A DNA stretch of 64,000 nucleotides from Dokdonella koreensis DS-123 (GCF_001632775.1 NZ_CP015249.1:288686-352685); one strand, 5' to 3'. Shown: positions 30,142-39,451, counted from the stretch's first letter. The notes: generated by a model not told the origin, from the letters alone. A program made the numbers and translations.

Positions 30142-31365
30142 TCAACCCTTGATGCACACCACCTGGCGCAGCGTGTGCACGACCTCGATCAGGTCGTCCT
30201 GCGCGGCGATCACCGCGTCGATCGGCTTGTAGGCCGCCGGCGACTCGTCGATCACGGCCTTGTCCTTGCGGCATTCCACGTGCGCGGTCGCCTCGCGGTG
30301 CTGCGCCAGCGTGATCTGCTGGCGCGCGGCGGTCCGGCTCATCACGCGGCCGGCGCCGTGGCTGCAGCTGTGGAAGCTCTCGGCGTTGCCCTTGCCGCGC
30401 ACGATGTAGCTGCGCGTGCCCATGCTGCCGGGGATGATGCCGAGCTCGCCCGCGCGGGCGCTGACCGCGCCCTTGCGCGTCACCAGCAGTTCCTGGCCGC
30501 CGTGCACTTCCTTCTGCACGTAGTTGTGGTGGCAGTTGACCGCGCGCGCATCCATCTGGAACGCCGGCAGCCGGCGGCGCATCTGCGCCAGCACCCGCGT
30601 CATCATCGCCTCGCGGTTCTCGCGGGCGTAGTCCTGCGCCCAGGAGACGGCTTCGACGTAGTCGTCGAACAGCGGCTCGCCTTCCAGGAAGAAGGCCAGG
30701 TCCTTGTCCGGCAGGTGGAAGCCGAGCACGCGCCGCGCCAGTTCCTCGCGGGCGCGTTCGATGAAGTAGGTGCCGATCAGGTTGCCGGTGCCGCGCGAGC
30801 CCGAGTGCAGCATCACCCAGACCGCGCCGGCTTCGTCCAGGCAGATCTCGATGAAGTGGTTGCCGCCGCCGAGCGTGCCGATCTGGCGGTCGAGCTTGTC
30901 GGTGCGGATGCGCCGGTGCTTGGCCTTGATCGCCTCCAGCCGGCCGGCCAGGTTCGACCCGGCGACGCGCGTGGCGATGCTGTCGGGCAGGCGCCGGTGC
31001 TCGCCGTCGCGGCCGTTGCCCACCGGCACGTCGCGCTCGATGTCGGCGCGCAGCGATGCCAGGTTGTCGGGCAGGTCGGATGCGCGCAGCGTCGTGCGCA
31101 CGGCGGCCATGCCGCAGCCGATGTCGACGCCGACCGCGGCCGGGATGATGGCGCCGCGGGTCGGGATCACCGAGCCGACGGTCGCGCCGATGCCCAGGTG
31201 CACATCCGGCATCACGGCCACCCACGGCCCGACGAACGGGATCGCGGCGATGTTGCGCAGCTGGCGCTGCGCCGTGTCCTCCACCGGCACGCCGCGCACC
31301 CAGGCCTTGATCGGCGTGGCGCTGCCTTCGGCGTGCAGCAGTTCGTAACGGGATTGGGTACGCAT
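30142..31365 (-). CDS. rtcB: RNA-splicing ligase RtcB
   Basis: 407 aa with conserved GGGNHF, HSGSRG and HNY motifs and active-site SHGAGR. Confidence 0.9.
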   Translation of the reverse strand: MRTQSRYELLHAEGSATPIKAWVRGVPVEDTAQRQLRNIAAIPFVGPWVAVMPDVHLGIGATVGSVIPTRGAIIPAAVGVDIGCGMAAVRTTLRASDLPDNLASLRADIERDVPVGNGRDGEHRRLPDSIATRVAGSNLAGRLEAIKAKHRRIRTDKLDRQIGTLGGGNHFIEICLDEAGAVWVMLHSGSRGTGNLIGTYFIERAREELARRVLGFHLPDKDLAFFLEGEPLFDDYVEAVSWAQDYARENREAMMTRVLAQMRRRLPAFQMDARAVNCHHNYVQKEVHGGQELLVTRKGAVSARAGELGIIPGSMGTRSYIVRGKGNAESFHSCSHGAGRVMSRTAARQQITLAQHREATAHVECRKDKAVIDESPAAYKPIDAVIAAQDDLIEVVHTLRQVVCIKG

Positions 31366-31439
31366 GGTGTTCTTCTACGCTCTTCTTGTTCTTCGTTGTC
31401 CCGAGGCTGCGCGGCGGATCCGTCCGCCGCGCAGGGTTG

Positions 31440-32561
31440 CTACTTGATCGTCACCAGCTGCTTGAGCAGGCCGTCCAGGCCGCCGAACACGGTGAGCGTA
31501 TCGACCTTCTCGGTCACCTTCTCCAGCGCCTCCAGCTCCTTCAGGCGCATCAGCACCGGGCTTTCCTCGATCAGCCGTGCCGTGTTGAGCAGCGAACGGG
31601 TGGCGTTCGCTTCCTCGCGACGGCGGATCACGTTGGCCTGGGCCGCCTTCTCCGCCTGCACGACGCTGTTGAGGATGTCCTTCATTTCACCCGGCAGGAT
31701 CAGGTCCTTGACGCCGACACCGAGCACCTCGACGCCGAACGGTGCCACCTTGCCGCGCACGTAGCCGAAGATGTCGGCATCGAGCGAGGCCTTGTCGCCG
31801 AGCAGCTCGTCCAGCGTCTTGGACGAGACCGCACGGCGCAGCCCGAACTGCAGCTCGCGGTAGACCTGCTCGCCGAACTTGGCGACCTTCGTGCGCGCGG
31901 CGACCGCATCGGTCACGCGCATGCTGGCGGCCAGGTTCACGCGCAGGCTGACCTTGTCGCGGGTCAGCAGCTCCTGGCCGGCGACCTCGATCGCCTGCAC
32001 GCGCAGCTCGACCACTTCCGCGGCGACGTTCTTGCGGAAGTTCCAGAACGCGTGCGCGCCCGGCGCCAGCGTCCCGACCAGCGTGCCGTCGACGAACAGC
32101 AGGCCGATCGATTCGGTCGGCACGTCCACCGCCACGGCCACCTTGGCCAGCAGGCCGAGCTGGCGCAGCCGGCCGACGATGTCCGCGCGCACCGCCAGGC
32201 CGTCGGCGAGCGTCACGCGCTCCACCGCCACCGGCACCAGACCCCGCCAGTACAGCCGGCGCGTGCCCGGCGCGAGCACGTCCTCGAGCTTGCCGTTCTT
32301 GTAGACGAGGCCGACCTCGTCTGCGCCGAGATCGGCGAGCACGAAGTGGGCGCCGAGGCCGGCACCGAGGCACGCCACCAGTGCATCGGTGTCGCGTCCG
32401 CTGTATTCGGGCTGGGCAATGGCGTGCACGGCGACCTCGACGCGCTTGCGCGCACCGAAGAAGCGGTAGACGCCCGGATCGAGCACGCGCTCGAACCGAC
32501 GGTTGCGAAACACCAGGCCGCGCTCGCCGTCACCGATCACGACCTGCTGGGTCCAGAACAT
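31440..32561 (-). CDS. SPFH / band-7 (slipin-like) family membrane protein
   Basis: Internal ATG (complement of 32559..32561) with an AGGAG RBS. SPFH core TRDKVSLRVNLAASMRV...LRRAVSSKTLDELL and a C-terminal coiled-coil. It is 74 nt upstream of rtcB on the same strand. Confidence 0.85.
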   Translation of the reverse strand: MFWTQQVVIGDGERGLVFRNRRFERVLDPGVYRFFGARKRVEVAVHAIAQPEYSGRDTDALVACLGAGLGAHFVLADLGADEVGLVYKNGKLEDVLAPGTRRLYWRGLVPVAVERVTLADGLAVRADIVGRLRQLGLLAKVAVAVDVPTESIGLLFVDGTLVGTLAPGAHAFWNFRKNVAAEVVELRVQAIEVAGQELLTRDKVSLRVNLAASMRVTDAVAARTKVAKFGEQVYRELQFGLRRAVSSKTLDELLGDKASLDADIFGYVRGKVAPFGVEVLGVGVKDLILPGEMKDILNSVVQAEKAAQANVIRRREEANATRSLLNTARLIEESPVLMRLKELEALEKVTEKVDTLTVFGGLDGLLKQLVTIK

Positions 32562-32962
32562 GGCTGTTTTCTCCTGTTTGGCTCTGGTGGTCCGGTCCGT
32601 TTCGTCGCACCGCCGCGCCGGACCGGTCTGCGCGGGCGGTGTCGCCGCGCAGGGGCGCGACGCGTATGAAGCGCAGCGCGCCGGCAAGAAGGCGCGCAGC
32701 GATCGAAAGGGATGGAAACGCCCCTGGCATCGCGGTCGCGGAGCACCGTGCGTGCACACCGTGGATGAGGGCCGCGCCTATCGACGCATCCTGCGGCGAT
32801 ACGGTGGCGGCCTCACGTACGGTGCGCGGGCACAGGCCCGGCAGCCGATCCGCTGCGGACGTTCCGTTGCGCGGCGCTTTCGCGCCGCCCGGCGGAACGC
32901 CGCACGGGGCGTTTCCGGTGGAGGGACCCGAAAGTCCCGGTGATGACGTTTACACGTCGGCA

Positions 32963-33033
32963 GTTTTGGAGCGGGAGTCGAACCCGCGTCGTCGGTTTAA
33001 CAGACCGATGCTCGACCACTGAGCGATCCAAAG
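32963..33033 (-). tRNA. tRNA-like element with an Asn (GUU) anticodon loop; possibly degenerate (C1-A72 mismatch, discriminator C, no encoded CCA)
   Basis: Reverse strand reads CTTTGGA TC GCTC AGTGGTC GAGC A TCGGT CTGTTAA ACCGA CGAC GCGGG TTCGACT CCCGC TCCAAAA C. This is a cloverleaf with T-loop TTCGACT and anticodon loop CU-GUU-AA. Confidence 0.45.
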
Positions 33034-33101
33034 GACGTGCCGGAATCGAACCGGCAACCCGCGAGGTGTACTCGCTGCTCTCCCGATTGAGCTAACGTCG
33101 T
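33031..33101 (-). tRNA. second tRNA-like element, apparently degenerate (5-nt anticodon loop containing UAC, C-C mismatch at 2:71)
   Basis: Reverse strand reads ACGACGT TA GCTC AATCGGGA GAGC A GCGAG TACAC CTCGC GGGTT GCCGG TTCGATT CCGGC ACGTCCT T. The D-arm and T-arm are canonical, but the anticodon loop is 2 nt too short. It overlaps the first element by 3 nt. Confidence 0.3.
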
Positions 33102-33304
33102 GCGAAACGATCCCGGTCGATTCGGGCATACGCCACGGCAGCGCCGCGCGCACCGGACGGGCATGGGAACCCGTACCGCAGGACATCGATCGACGATCGC
33201 TTCGTATTGGCGCCTGTTCGCACGCGCCAATGCGTCGCGCCGCAAGCGGCCGTGCTCGCGCACGCGCCTGGACGCTGGATTTCTTCTCCGATGCGAACGC
33301 CGGA

Positions 33305-33336
33305 AACAAAAAACCCCCGGATTTTCAGTCCGAGGG
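33305..33336 (-). terminator. Rho-independent terminator on the minus strand
   Basis: Minus strand reads CCCTCGGA-CTGAAAA-TCCGGGGG followed by TTTTTTGTT. It lies between the repeat-rich non-coding region and the tRNA-like elements. Confidence 0.45.
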
Positions 33337-33771
33337 CGTTCGCGTTCCTCGGAGATCGGGGCGACCGATCTCCGCGTAGGGCGGGATCAGTCGATCGGGC
33401 AGGTGGCGAGCGGCCGCCGACAGTCGGCACCGTACGCGCACGCTTCCGCGCCGCGCACGGTGCGCGAATGCAGGGAAGGCTTGGCGAAATTCGGCGGGAC
33501 GTTCATCGGTTTCGGCGAGTTTGCGTGAATGGCCACTGGGGCGAGGGGCGCGGACGATACGCCGCTGGTTTCCGTTGTGCAAGCGTTTTTTAACAATCGT
33601 GTTTTGTGCGGATGGACATTGGTGCTGTCGCGCTTTTTTTGGTGCGGCGTTGATGTTTCACGCGGTGTGATTGCGAGTGACCGTGGAATGCGTGGCGACC
33701 GCTTTTGATGCTGGCGGTTCGTGTTGCGACCTGTGATCTGGCCCGGATGTTTCCGACGCGCTGTGCGCTTG

Positions 33772-33840
33772 GGTGGACGGCATCCCTGCCTTCTTCCGCT
33801 CGCCTCCCGGGCGAGCGGGTCACTTTCTCTTGCGTGCCCA
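33772..33840. repeat. left arm of a ~70-bp inverted repeat (partner at 34405..34471); contains the hairpin CCGCTCGCC-TCCCGGG-CGAGCGG
   Basis: GGTGGACGGCATCCCTGCCTTCTTCCGCTCGCCTCCCGGGCGAGCGGGTCACTTTCTCTTGCGTGCCCAC is the near-exact reverse complement of 34405..34471. A second inverted pair lies at 33898..33930 and 34377..34410. Confidence 0.7.
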
Positions 33841-34404
33841 CTGCGCCGCAGGAGCGGCGCGAACGGCGAAGCCGGCCCGAAGGGCGGAGCGCAGATGCGC
33901 GGAGTCAAGAGAAGTAACCAAGAGAAAGGGCACCCCGGTGCCGCGGTCTCCGGGCATCCTGCCCTCCGACGGCCCGAAGGCGCTCCGGGGGTCCGCTGAC
34001 GGCGCTTCGTGCGCCGACAGCGGACTGGGCCACGTCCTGCGGCCCACCCTGCGGGCCTTTCCTGCGCACCTTCGCCGCGGCACAGGAGCCCCGAGGGCGC
34101 GCGTCCTGCGCGCTCAAGAAAAGAAGCCGCGGTTTGCGCAAGCTCCATGTGTCGGCAGCTGTCTTGGCGTTGCTACTGGTTTCTGCTCTGCGTGCGGGAT
34201 GCACGTGCTTCTCCAAGTCCCGTCGGCAGCGGCGGGCTGGCGGAGGAAAAGCCCGCAGGGGGGGCCGGCACGATGCCGGCCCGTTGGCCGTCAGGCCAGG
34301 GATGGCCTGTCGGCCAACCCCGTAGCCGGCCCGCGAACCCGTCGCACAGGCACTGTGCGGCGGGCGCGTACGTCGGGTGCCCTTCTCTTTGGTTACTTTC
34401 TCTT

Positions 34405-34471
34405 GGGCACGCAAGAGAAAGTGACCCGCTCGCCCGGAGGCGAGCGGAAAAAGGCAGGGATGCCGTCCACC
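34405..34471. repeat. right arm of the ~70-bp inverted repeat
   Basis: GGGCACGCAAGAGAAAGTGACCCGCTCGCCCGGAGGCGAGCGGAAAAAGGCAGGGATGCCGTCCACC. Confidence 0.7.
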
Positions 34472-34647
34472 AACGAAGTGCAACCGTTCCGAACGGCAAG
34501 CGAGAGCGCTTCAACGGAACAACGAAGGCCCCCACACGCCCGGAGGCGAGCGGAAAAACACGGACGCCGCCCACCGACGAAGCACGACCTCTCCGATGGC
34601 AAGCGAGGACGCGTCAAGCGAACAAAGCAGGACGTCCGCCCGAACAC
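34432..34647. repeat. two tandem ~107-bp imperfect direct repeats
   Basis: Unit 1 is CCCGGAGGCGAGCGGAAAAAGGCAGGGATGCCGTCCACCAACGAAGTGCAACCGTTCCGAACGGCAAGCGAGAGCGCTTCAACGGAACAACGAAGGCCCCCACACG. Unit 2 starts at 34539, CCCGGAGGCGAGCGGAAAAACACGGACGCCGCCCACCGACGAAGCACG..., with about 75% identity. Confidence 0.65.
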
Positions 34648-34753
34648 GCCAGTTCAGAGATGCTTGGCCGACGGCTAACGTGTCGCGATGCGAACCATCA
34701 GCAGCGGCCCGCGAAAAGCAAACCCCAAGCCGGCACGCCACGCAAACCGAGGA

Positions 34754-35444
34754 TCAAACCCCCGCCGCCTCCAGCCGCTCGCGCAGCGCCGCCAGCTCCC
34801 CGCGCAGCGTGTCCACCTCGGTCTCCAGCTGCGCCACGCGCTCGGCCAGCCCGCCGCGCGCGCTGCCGGTGGCGTCGGCGGTTGCCGTCGTCGCATAGGC
34901 GTCGGCGTCGACCGGCCCGCACAGCAGGTGCATGTAGCGGTCCTCGCGCTGGCCCGGCGCGCGGCCGATGTTCACGACCAGTGCCGGGGTGCGCTGTGCG
35001 AGGCGGTCGAGCGTGTCGCGCACGTCGTCGATGCCGGGGAACTCGGCCAGGCGCTCGCTGCGCATCAGCAGCTCGTTGAGCGTCTGCGGGCCGCGCAGCA
35101 GCAGCAGGCACAGCACCGCGCGCTGGCGGCCGGTGATGTTGTAGATCGCGTCGAAGCGGTGCTCGTAGCGCGAGACGCGCTGCGAGGAGGGGGCGACGCG
35201 GACCAGCTCGCGGTCCTCGAGGCGGCGCAGCGTGTGCGCGACGGCGCCGGGTTCGAGCTGCAGGACCGGTTCGCGGCTGGTCTTCTGGTTGCTCGCGGCG
35301 ACCAGCGCGTTGAGTGTGAGCGGGTAGACCTCCGGGGTGATCGCGGCCTTCTCGATCAGGCAGCCCAGGATGCGGGCTTCGGTGGCGTCGAGCAGGGCGA
35401 GGTCGGCGCCTCCGGTTTCGGTTGATTCGTCCAAGGGACACTCG
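34754..35444 (-). CDS. yceH: YceH / DUF480 (UPF0502) family protein, probable TTG start
   Basis: LLDATEARILGCLIEKAAITPEVYPLTLNALVAASNQKTSREPV aligns with E. coli YceH ([43 protein letters not shown]). The C-terminal coiled-coil ERVAQLETEVDTLRGELAALRERL is also YceH-like. There is no in-frame ATG near the domain start, so a TTG (complement of 35442..35444) is assumed. The longest ORF extends to 35692 but its N-terminus is R/P-rich junk. Confidence 0.65.
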
Positions 35445-35690
35445 CGGCAGTGAGGCGGGGCCGGAGTGTACCCGAGCGTGATGATCCGACGGCGTGGCCG
35501 GTGCGCGCAGCCTGCAGGCGGCCGTGCTTCGCGTGTGGCCGGCCTCCTGTGCCGGGCCGGCCGGGTGCGGGATGCGGGAAGGGCACGTGGGCGGGACGAG
35601 GACGATCCGCGGCCGGCGGCGTCCAGCCAGGCTGGCCTCACGCGGCCGCGCGTATGATCAGCTTCCCGTTCGTCACGAAGAGGGTCTGTC

Positions 35691-36047
35691 ATGAGCTATG
35701 TCGATGGTTTCGTGCTGCCGGTGCCGAAGGACAAGCTGGCGGCCTACCGCGCGCTGGCGCGCAAGGCCGGCAAGATCTGGAAGGAGCACGGCGCGCTGGC
35801 CTATGTCGAATGCGTCGCCGACGACGTGAAGCCGGGCAAGGTCACCTCGTTCCCGCAGAGCGTCAAGCTCAAGCCGGACGAGGTCGTCGTGTTCTCGTGG
35901 ATCGTCTATGCCTCGCGCGCGCAGCGCGACCGCATCAACAAGAAGGTGATGGCCGACCCGCGCCTGGCCGGCTTGGACATGAAGAACGTCCCGTTCGACG
36001 GCAAGCGCATGTTCTGGGGTGGCTTCAAGCCGATCGTCCAGCTCTGA
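35691..36047 (+). CDS. ybaA: DUF1428 family protein (YbaA-like)
   Basis: MSYVDGFVLPVPKDKLAAYRALARKAGKIWKEHGALAYVEC...VVFSWIVYASRAQRD...PFDGKRMFWGGF matches E. coli YbaA almost motif for motif. Confidence 0.85.
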   Translation: MSYVDGFVLPVPKDKLAAYRALARKAGKIWKEHGALAYVECVADDVKPGKVTSFPQSVKLKPDEVVVFSWIVYASRAQRDRINKKVMADPRLAGLDMKNVPFDGKRMFWGGFKPIVQL

Positions 36048-36261
36048 CGATTGCTCGAGCGCGGCGTCCGGGCGCTTCGCCGACGCGCAAGGAGGCGCTC
36101 GGGCCGCTGCTTCGCGATCGCGCGATCCGGTCCATCGACCGCCCGCGGCGTTTTCGAGGAAGGACGCGGCCGGGGGGGCGGCTCGACGAGCGAGGGCGGC
36201 GTCGAGCCGGCTGGATCGGTCGCCCTCGCTCGCGACGTTCGACGATGGACGCTCGCCGGAT

Positions 36262-37575
36262 TCAGCGCGGCTCGAAATCGTCGGCGAACAGCGTCTCGCC
36301 GCAGGCGCCATCCGCATCGTAGCGCTGCACCACCACGCTGCCGGCGTCGCTGGTTCCCACCACGGTCCATCCCTCGGCGGCACCGACCACGGCACCGAGA
36401 CTGCCGAGGTTCGGCAGCGCGCTGCGCTGGCGGCACAGCGCGCCGTCTGCGTCGAACTCGGCCATCGTCGCGTGGGTGCGGCCACCGCCGCCCTGGATGT
36501 GCGCGTAGCCGACCAGCAGGCTGCGTCCGTTCGGCGCCACCGCCTGAGCCATCGGCAGCCCGGGCACCGCCGAGGCCACGTCGCTGCGCGTGGTGCCGGT
36601 GGACGCGTCGACGCGCACGAGACGCAGGACCTGGGGCATGCCCACCACTGCGACGTGCAAGCCGCCGTCGGGGCCGAGCGCGGTCGCCCAGCTCGTGAAC
36701 GTCGTCGCCGTCTGCGACTGGTCCGACAGCGTGCGCGTCCACAGCCGGGTGCCGTCCGGGGCGATCTTCCAGGCCATCGCGCCCGGTACGCCGAAGCGGG
36801 TTTCCGGGGAGGCGACGACCAGGGCGGCGCCGTCCGGTGTCGTCGCCAGCCAGGCTGCGCCGAGCGGGTTGCCGAGTTCGCCGAGCTCGGCATCGGCGTA
36901 GACGAGGCTGCCGTCCGCGGCGAAACGCACGGTACGGTAGCCGCCACCGATGAAGTCCGCGCGCCCGGCGACGATCGCGCCACCGTCGGGCAGGGCGGCG
37001 ATCGTGTCGGCCGTGGCCACGTTCAGGCCGGTACTCCAGTGCCAGGCCGGCCGTGGCTGGCCGTCTGCGGTGAAGCGCGGCACGACGAAATCGGCACCGT
37101 TGTCGGCACGCATCAGCAGGTCGCCGCCCGGCGCCTGCGCGAGCTGCCGGGTCTGGTAGTAGCTCGGTTCGACCCACAGCACGGCGCCGGTCGCTTCGGT
37201 TTCCCAGACCAGACTGCCGTCGGTGGCGTCGAGCGTGCGCACGAACGGCGCGGTGAACCCGCCGACCAGCGCGACGCGGTCATCGGCCAGCAGCACGACG
37301 TCGTCGGGCGTGGCGGGACGATCGGGGCGCTCGTGGAACCAGCCGAACCCGCCGTCGGCTTCCAGTCGAAGCACGCCGGCGCGGGCGCCGCTGGCGCGTG
37401 CCGCCTGGATGCCGACGAACAGGGTGCCGTCGTCGGCGCGGCGCAGCACGCCCGGGTACGTCGCGAACGCGTCCGTGGCCTGCCAGGTGGTGGTCCAGGC
37501 CGGTTCCCAGGCCGTCTGCGCGCCGACGGGTGCCGTCAGAAGCGCCAGCCATAGCGCCTGCGCGCGAATCGACAT
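36262..37575 (-). CDS. secreted beta-propeller-like repeat protein, paralogue A (437 aa), LFADDFE C-terminus
   Basis: Signal peptide MSIRAQALWLALLTAPVGAQT. Repeated ADGSLV, PDGGAIVAG and DGTLFVG motifs. The C-terminus is ...ADGACGETLFADDFEPR. About 70% identical to the next gene. Confidence 0.7.
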   Translation of the reverse strand: MSIRAQALWLALLTAPVGAQTAWEPAWTTTWQATDAFATYPGVLRRADDGTLFVGIQAARASGARAGVLRLEADGGFGWFHERPDRPATPDDVVLLADDRVALVGGFTAPFVRTLDATDGSLVWETEATGAVLWVEPSYYQTRQLAQAPGGDLLMRADNGADFVVPRFTADGQPRPAWHWSTGLNVATADTIAALPDGGAIVAGRADFIGGGYRTVRFAADGSLVYADAELGELGNPLGAAWLATTPDGAALVVASPETRFGVPGAMAWKIAPDGTRLWTRTLSDQSQTATTFTSWATALGPDGGLHVAVVGMPQVLRLVRVDASTGTTRSDVASAVPGLPMAQAVAPNGRSLLVGYAHIQGGGGRTHATMAEFDADGALCRQRSALPNLGSLGAVVGAAEGWTVVGTSDAGSVVVQRYDADGACGETLFADDFEPR

Positions 37576-37754
37576 GCGGTGTTCTCCCTCGTCGGTGGAT
37601 CAGATATACGCACAGATATACGCAACACGGCCCGCTCGACCCCAACGCACGTGCGCTTCGAGCGCGCCGGTTGTGCCGATCCGGCACCGCGGTCACCAGA
37701 ACGGGCGGATAGCGCCGGCGCGGACGGCCGGGCCGGCGCGAAGCCGGGGCGCGC

Positions 37755-39056
37755 TCAGTTCTCGAAGCCGTCCGTGAACAGCCCGTCGCCGCAGGCGCCG
37801 TCCGCGGCGTAACGCTGCACCGTGACGCCGTCGTCTCCGATACCCAGCACCGTCCATCCGTCGACGGCCCCGACGATGGAGGTGAAGCCGTACAGGTCCG
37901 GCACGGTTCGTTCGCGGCACAGCAGGCCGTCCGCATCGAACTCGGCCAGGGTCGCATAGGTGCGGCCGCCGCCGCCGGGAACGTGCGCAGAGCCGCCCAG
38001 CAGGCTGCGGCCGTTCGGTGCGACCGCCAGCCTGTCGGCAAATCCGGGCATGGAGGCGGCGCTGTCCCAGCGTGTGGCGCCGGTGGCGCCGTCCACCCGG
38101 ATCAGGCGCAGCACCTTCGGCGTGGTGCCTGCCGTCGCGATCCGCAGATCCCCCTCGGGGCCGAGCGCAGCCGGGCCGTTGGAGAACGTCGTCGACCCGC
38201 TCGCCTGGTCCGACAGCGTGCGCGTCCACAGGCGCGTGCCGTCCGCCGCGATCTTCCAGGCCATCGCGCCCGGCATGCCGAAGCGGGTTTCCGGCGAGGC
38301 GACGACCAGCGTGGCGCCGTCCGGCGTCGTCGCGATCCAGGCCGCACCGAGCGGATTGCCGAGTTCGCCGAACTCGGCGTCCGCGTAGACGAGGCTGCCG
38401 TCGGCGGCGAAGCGGACGGTGCGGAACCCCCCGCCGATGGCGTAGGTGCGGCCGGCGACGATCGCGCCGCCATCGGGCAGCGCGACGATCGAATTGGCCC
38501 AGACCGCGCCGAGGCCGGAGGTCCAGCGCCACGGCGGCAGCAACTGCCCCTGCGCACCGAAGCGCAGTACGACGAACGCATCGTCGTTCTCTGCACGCAC
38601 GAGCAGGTCGCCGCTTGGTGTCTGCGCGATCTGGCGGGTCGCAAAGGAGCGCAGCACGACCAGCATCGCGCCCGGCGCGCTGGTATCCCAGTCCGGGGCA
38701 CCGCTACCGGAATCGACGGTGCGCACGAACGGGATCGCGGTGCCGCCGGCCAGGGCGACGCGCCCGTCGGCCATCGGCAGCACGTCCTCCGCCGAGCCCG
38801 GGCCGGGACGCTCGTCCGCCCAGCCGATCGTGCCGTCGGCGTCCAGTCGCAGGACGCCGGCGCGTTGCTGGCCGGCCCGCGCCGTCTCGACGCCGACGAA
38901 GAGCGTTCCGTCATCGGCGCGGCGCAGTACGCTGGCGTGCGTCGATGCGGCGTCGTCGGCCGCCCACGTCGTCGACCAGACCGGTTCCCAGGTCGTCTGG
39001 GCACCGGCCGGTGCCATGGAAGCGGCCAGCAGCAGGCAGCCAATTCGGATCGACAT
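37755..39056 (-). CDS. secreted beta-propeller-like repeat protein, paralogue B (433 aa), LFTDGFE C-terminus
   Basis: Internal ATG (complement of 39054..39056) gives MSIRIGCLLLAASMAPAGAQT. The C-terminus is ...ADGACGDGLFTDGFEN. Tandem duplicate of the 36262..37575 gene. Confidence 0.7.
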   Translation of the reverse strand: MSIRIGCLLLAASMAPAGAQTTWEPVWSTTWAADDAASTHASVLRRADDGTLFVGVETARAGQQRAGVLRLDADGTIGWADERPGPGSAEDVLPMADGRVALAGGTAIPFVRTVDSGSGAPDWDTSAPGAMLVVLRSFATRQIAQTPSGDLLVRAENDDAFVVLRFGAQGQLLPPWRWTSGLGAVWANSIVALPDGGAIVAGRTYAIGGGFRTVRFAADGSLVYADAEFGELGNPLGAAWIATTPDGATLVVASPETRFGMPGAMAWKIAADGTRLWTRTLSDQASGSTTFSNGPAALGPEGDLRIATAGTTPKVLRLIRVDGATGATRWDSAASMPGFADRLAVAPNGRSLLGGSAHVPGGGGRTYATLAEFDADGLLCRERTVPDLYGFTSIVGAVDGWTVLGIGDDGVTVQRYAADGACGDGLFTDGFEN

Positions 39057-39241
39057 ATGCGTGACCCTCCCGTATCGGTCGGTCCCGTATACGCAGGACG
39101 GTCCATCCGACCCCAATGGCCGGCCTAGCCTGGCAGCGATCGCCGTCGCATGAAAGCGAGGGCGCGCCCTGATCGACCGGCGCCTGTGCCCTCGCCAGGA
39201 GCGCATCCCGGATCGATGCGCTGTCGTGAGAGCAGGGGCGC

Positions 39242-39451
39242 ATGGCCCTTTCCTGCCGCTACTGCCACCGGCGACCGGCCACCCGGCACCGGTTGCTCGC
39301 CTTGCTGGCCTGGCCGCTGGCCGGGTTCGGGGGCTCGCCGGCGGGCTTTCGGGCCTGCCGCGACTGCGGCGCCGGCCTGCTGGCGCTGACCTTGATCGCC
39401 TATGCGGCGCTGGCCGCGGCGCTGCTGGTACTGGCCGTGATCGCGACCTGA
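39242..39451 (+). CDS. possible small zinc-ribbon membrane protein (69 aa)
   Basis: CRYC...CRDC (two CxxC) followed by a hydrophobic helix LLALTLIAYAALAAALLVLAVIAT. High-GC context and no strong RBS, so it may be spurious. Confidence 0.25.
   Translation: MALSCRYCHRRPATRHRLLALLAWPLAGFGGSPAGFRACRDCGAGLLALTLIAYAALAAALLVLAVIAT

Noticed and set aside
33387-35079. Multiple 250-350-aa ORFs in all frames across the 33.1-34.75 kb region
   Set aside because: All are Arg/Pro/Ala-rich without hydrophobic cores, overlap each other and span the inverted and tandem repeats. The region is treated as non-coding.
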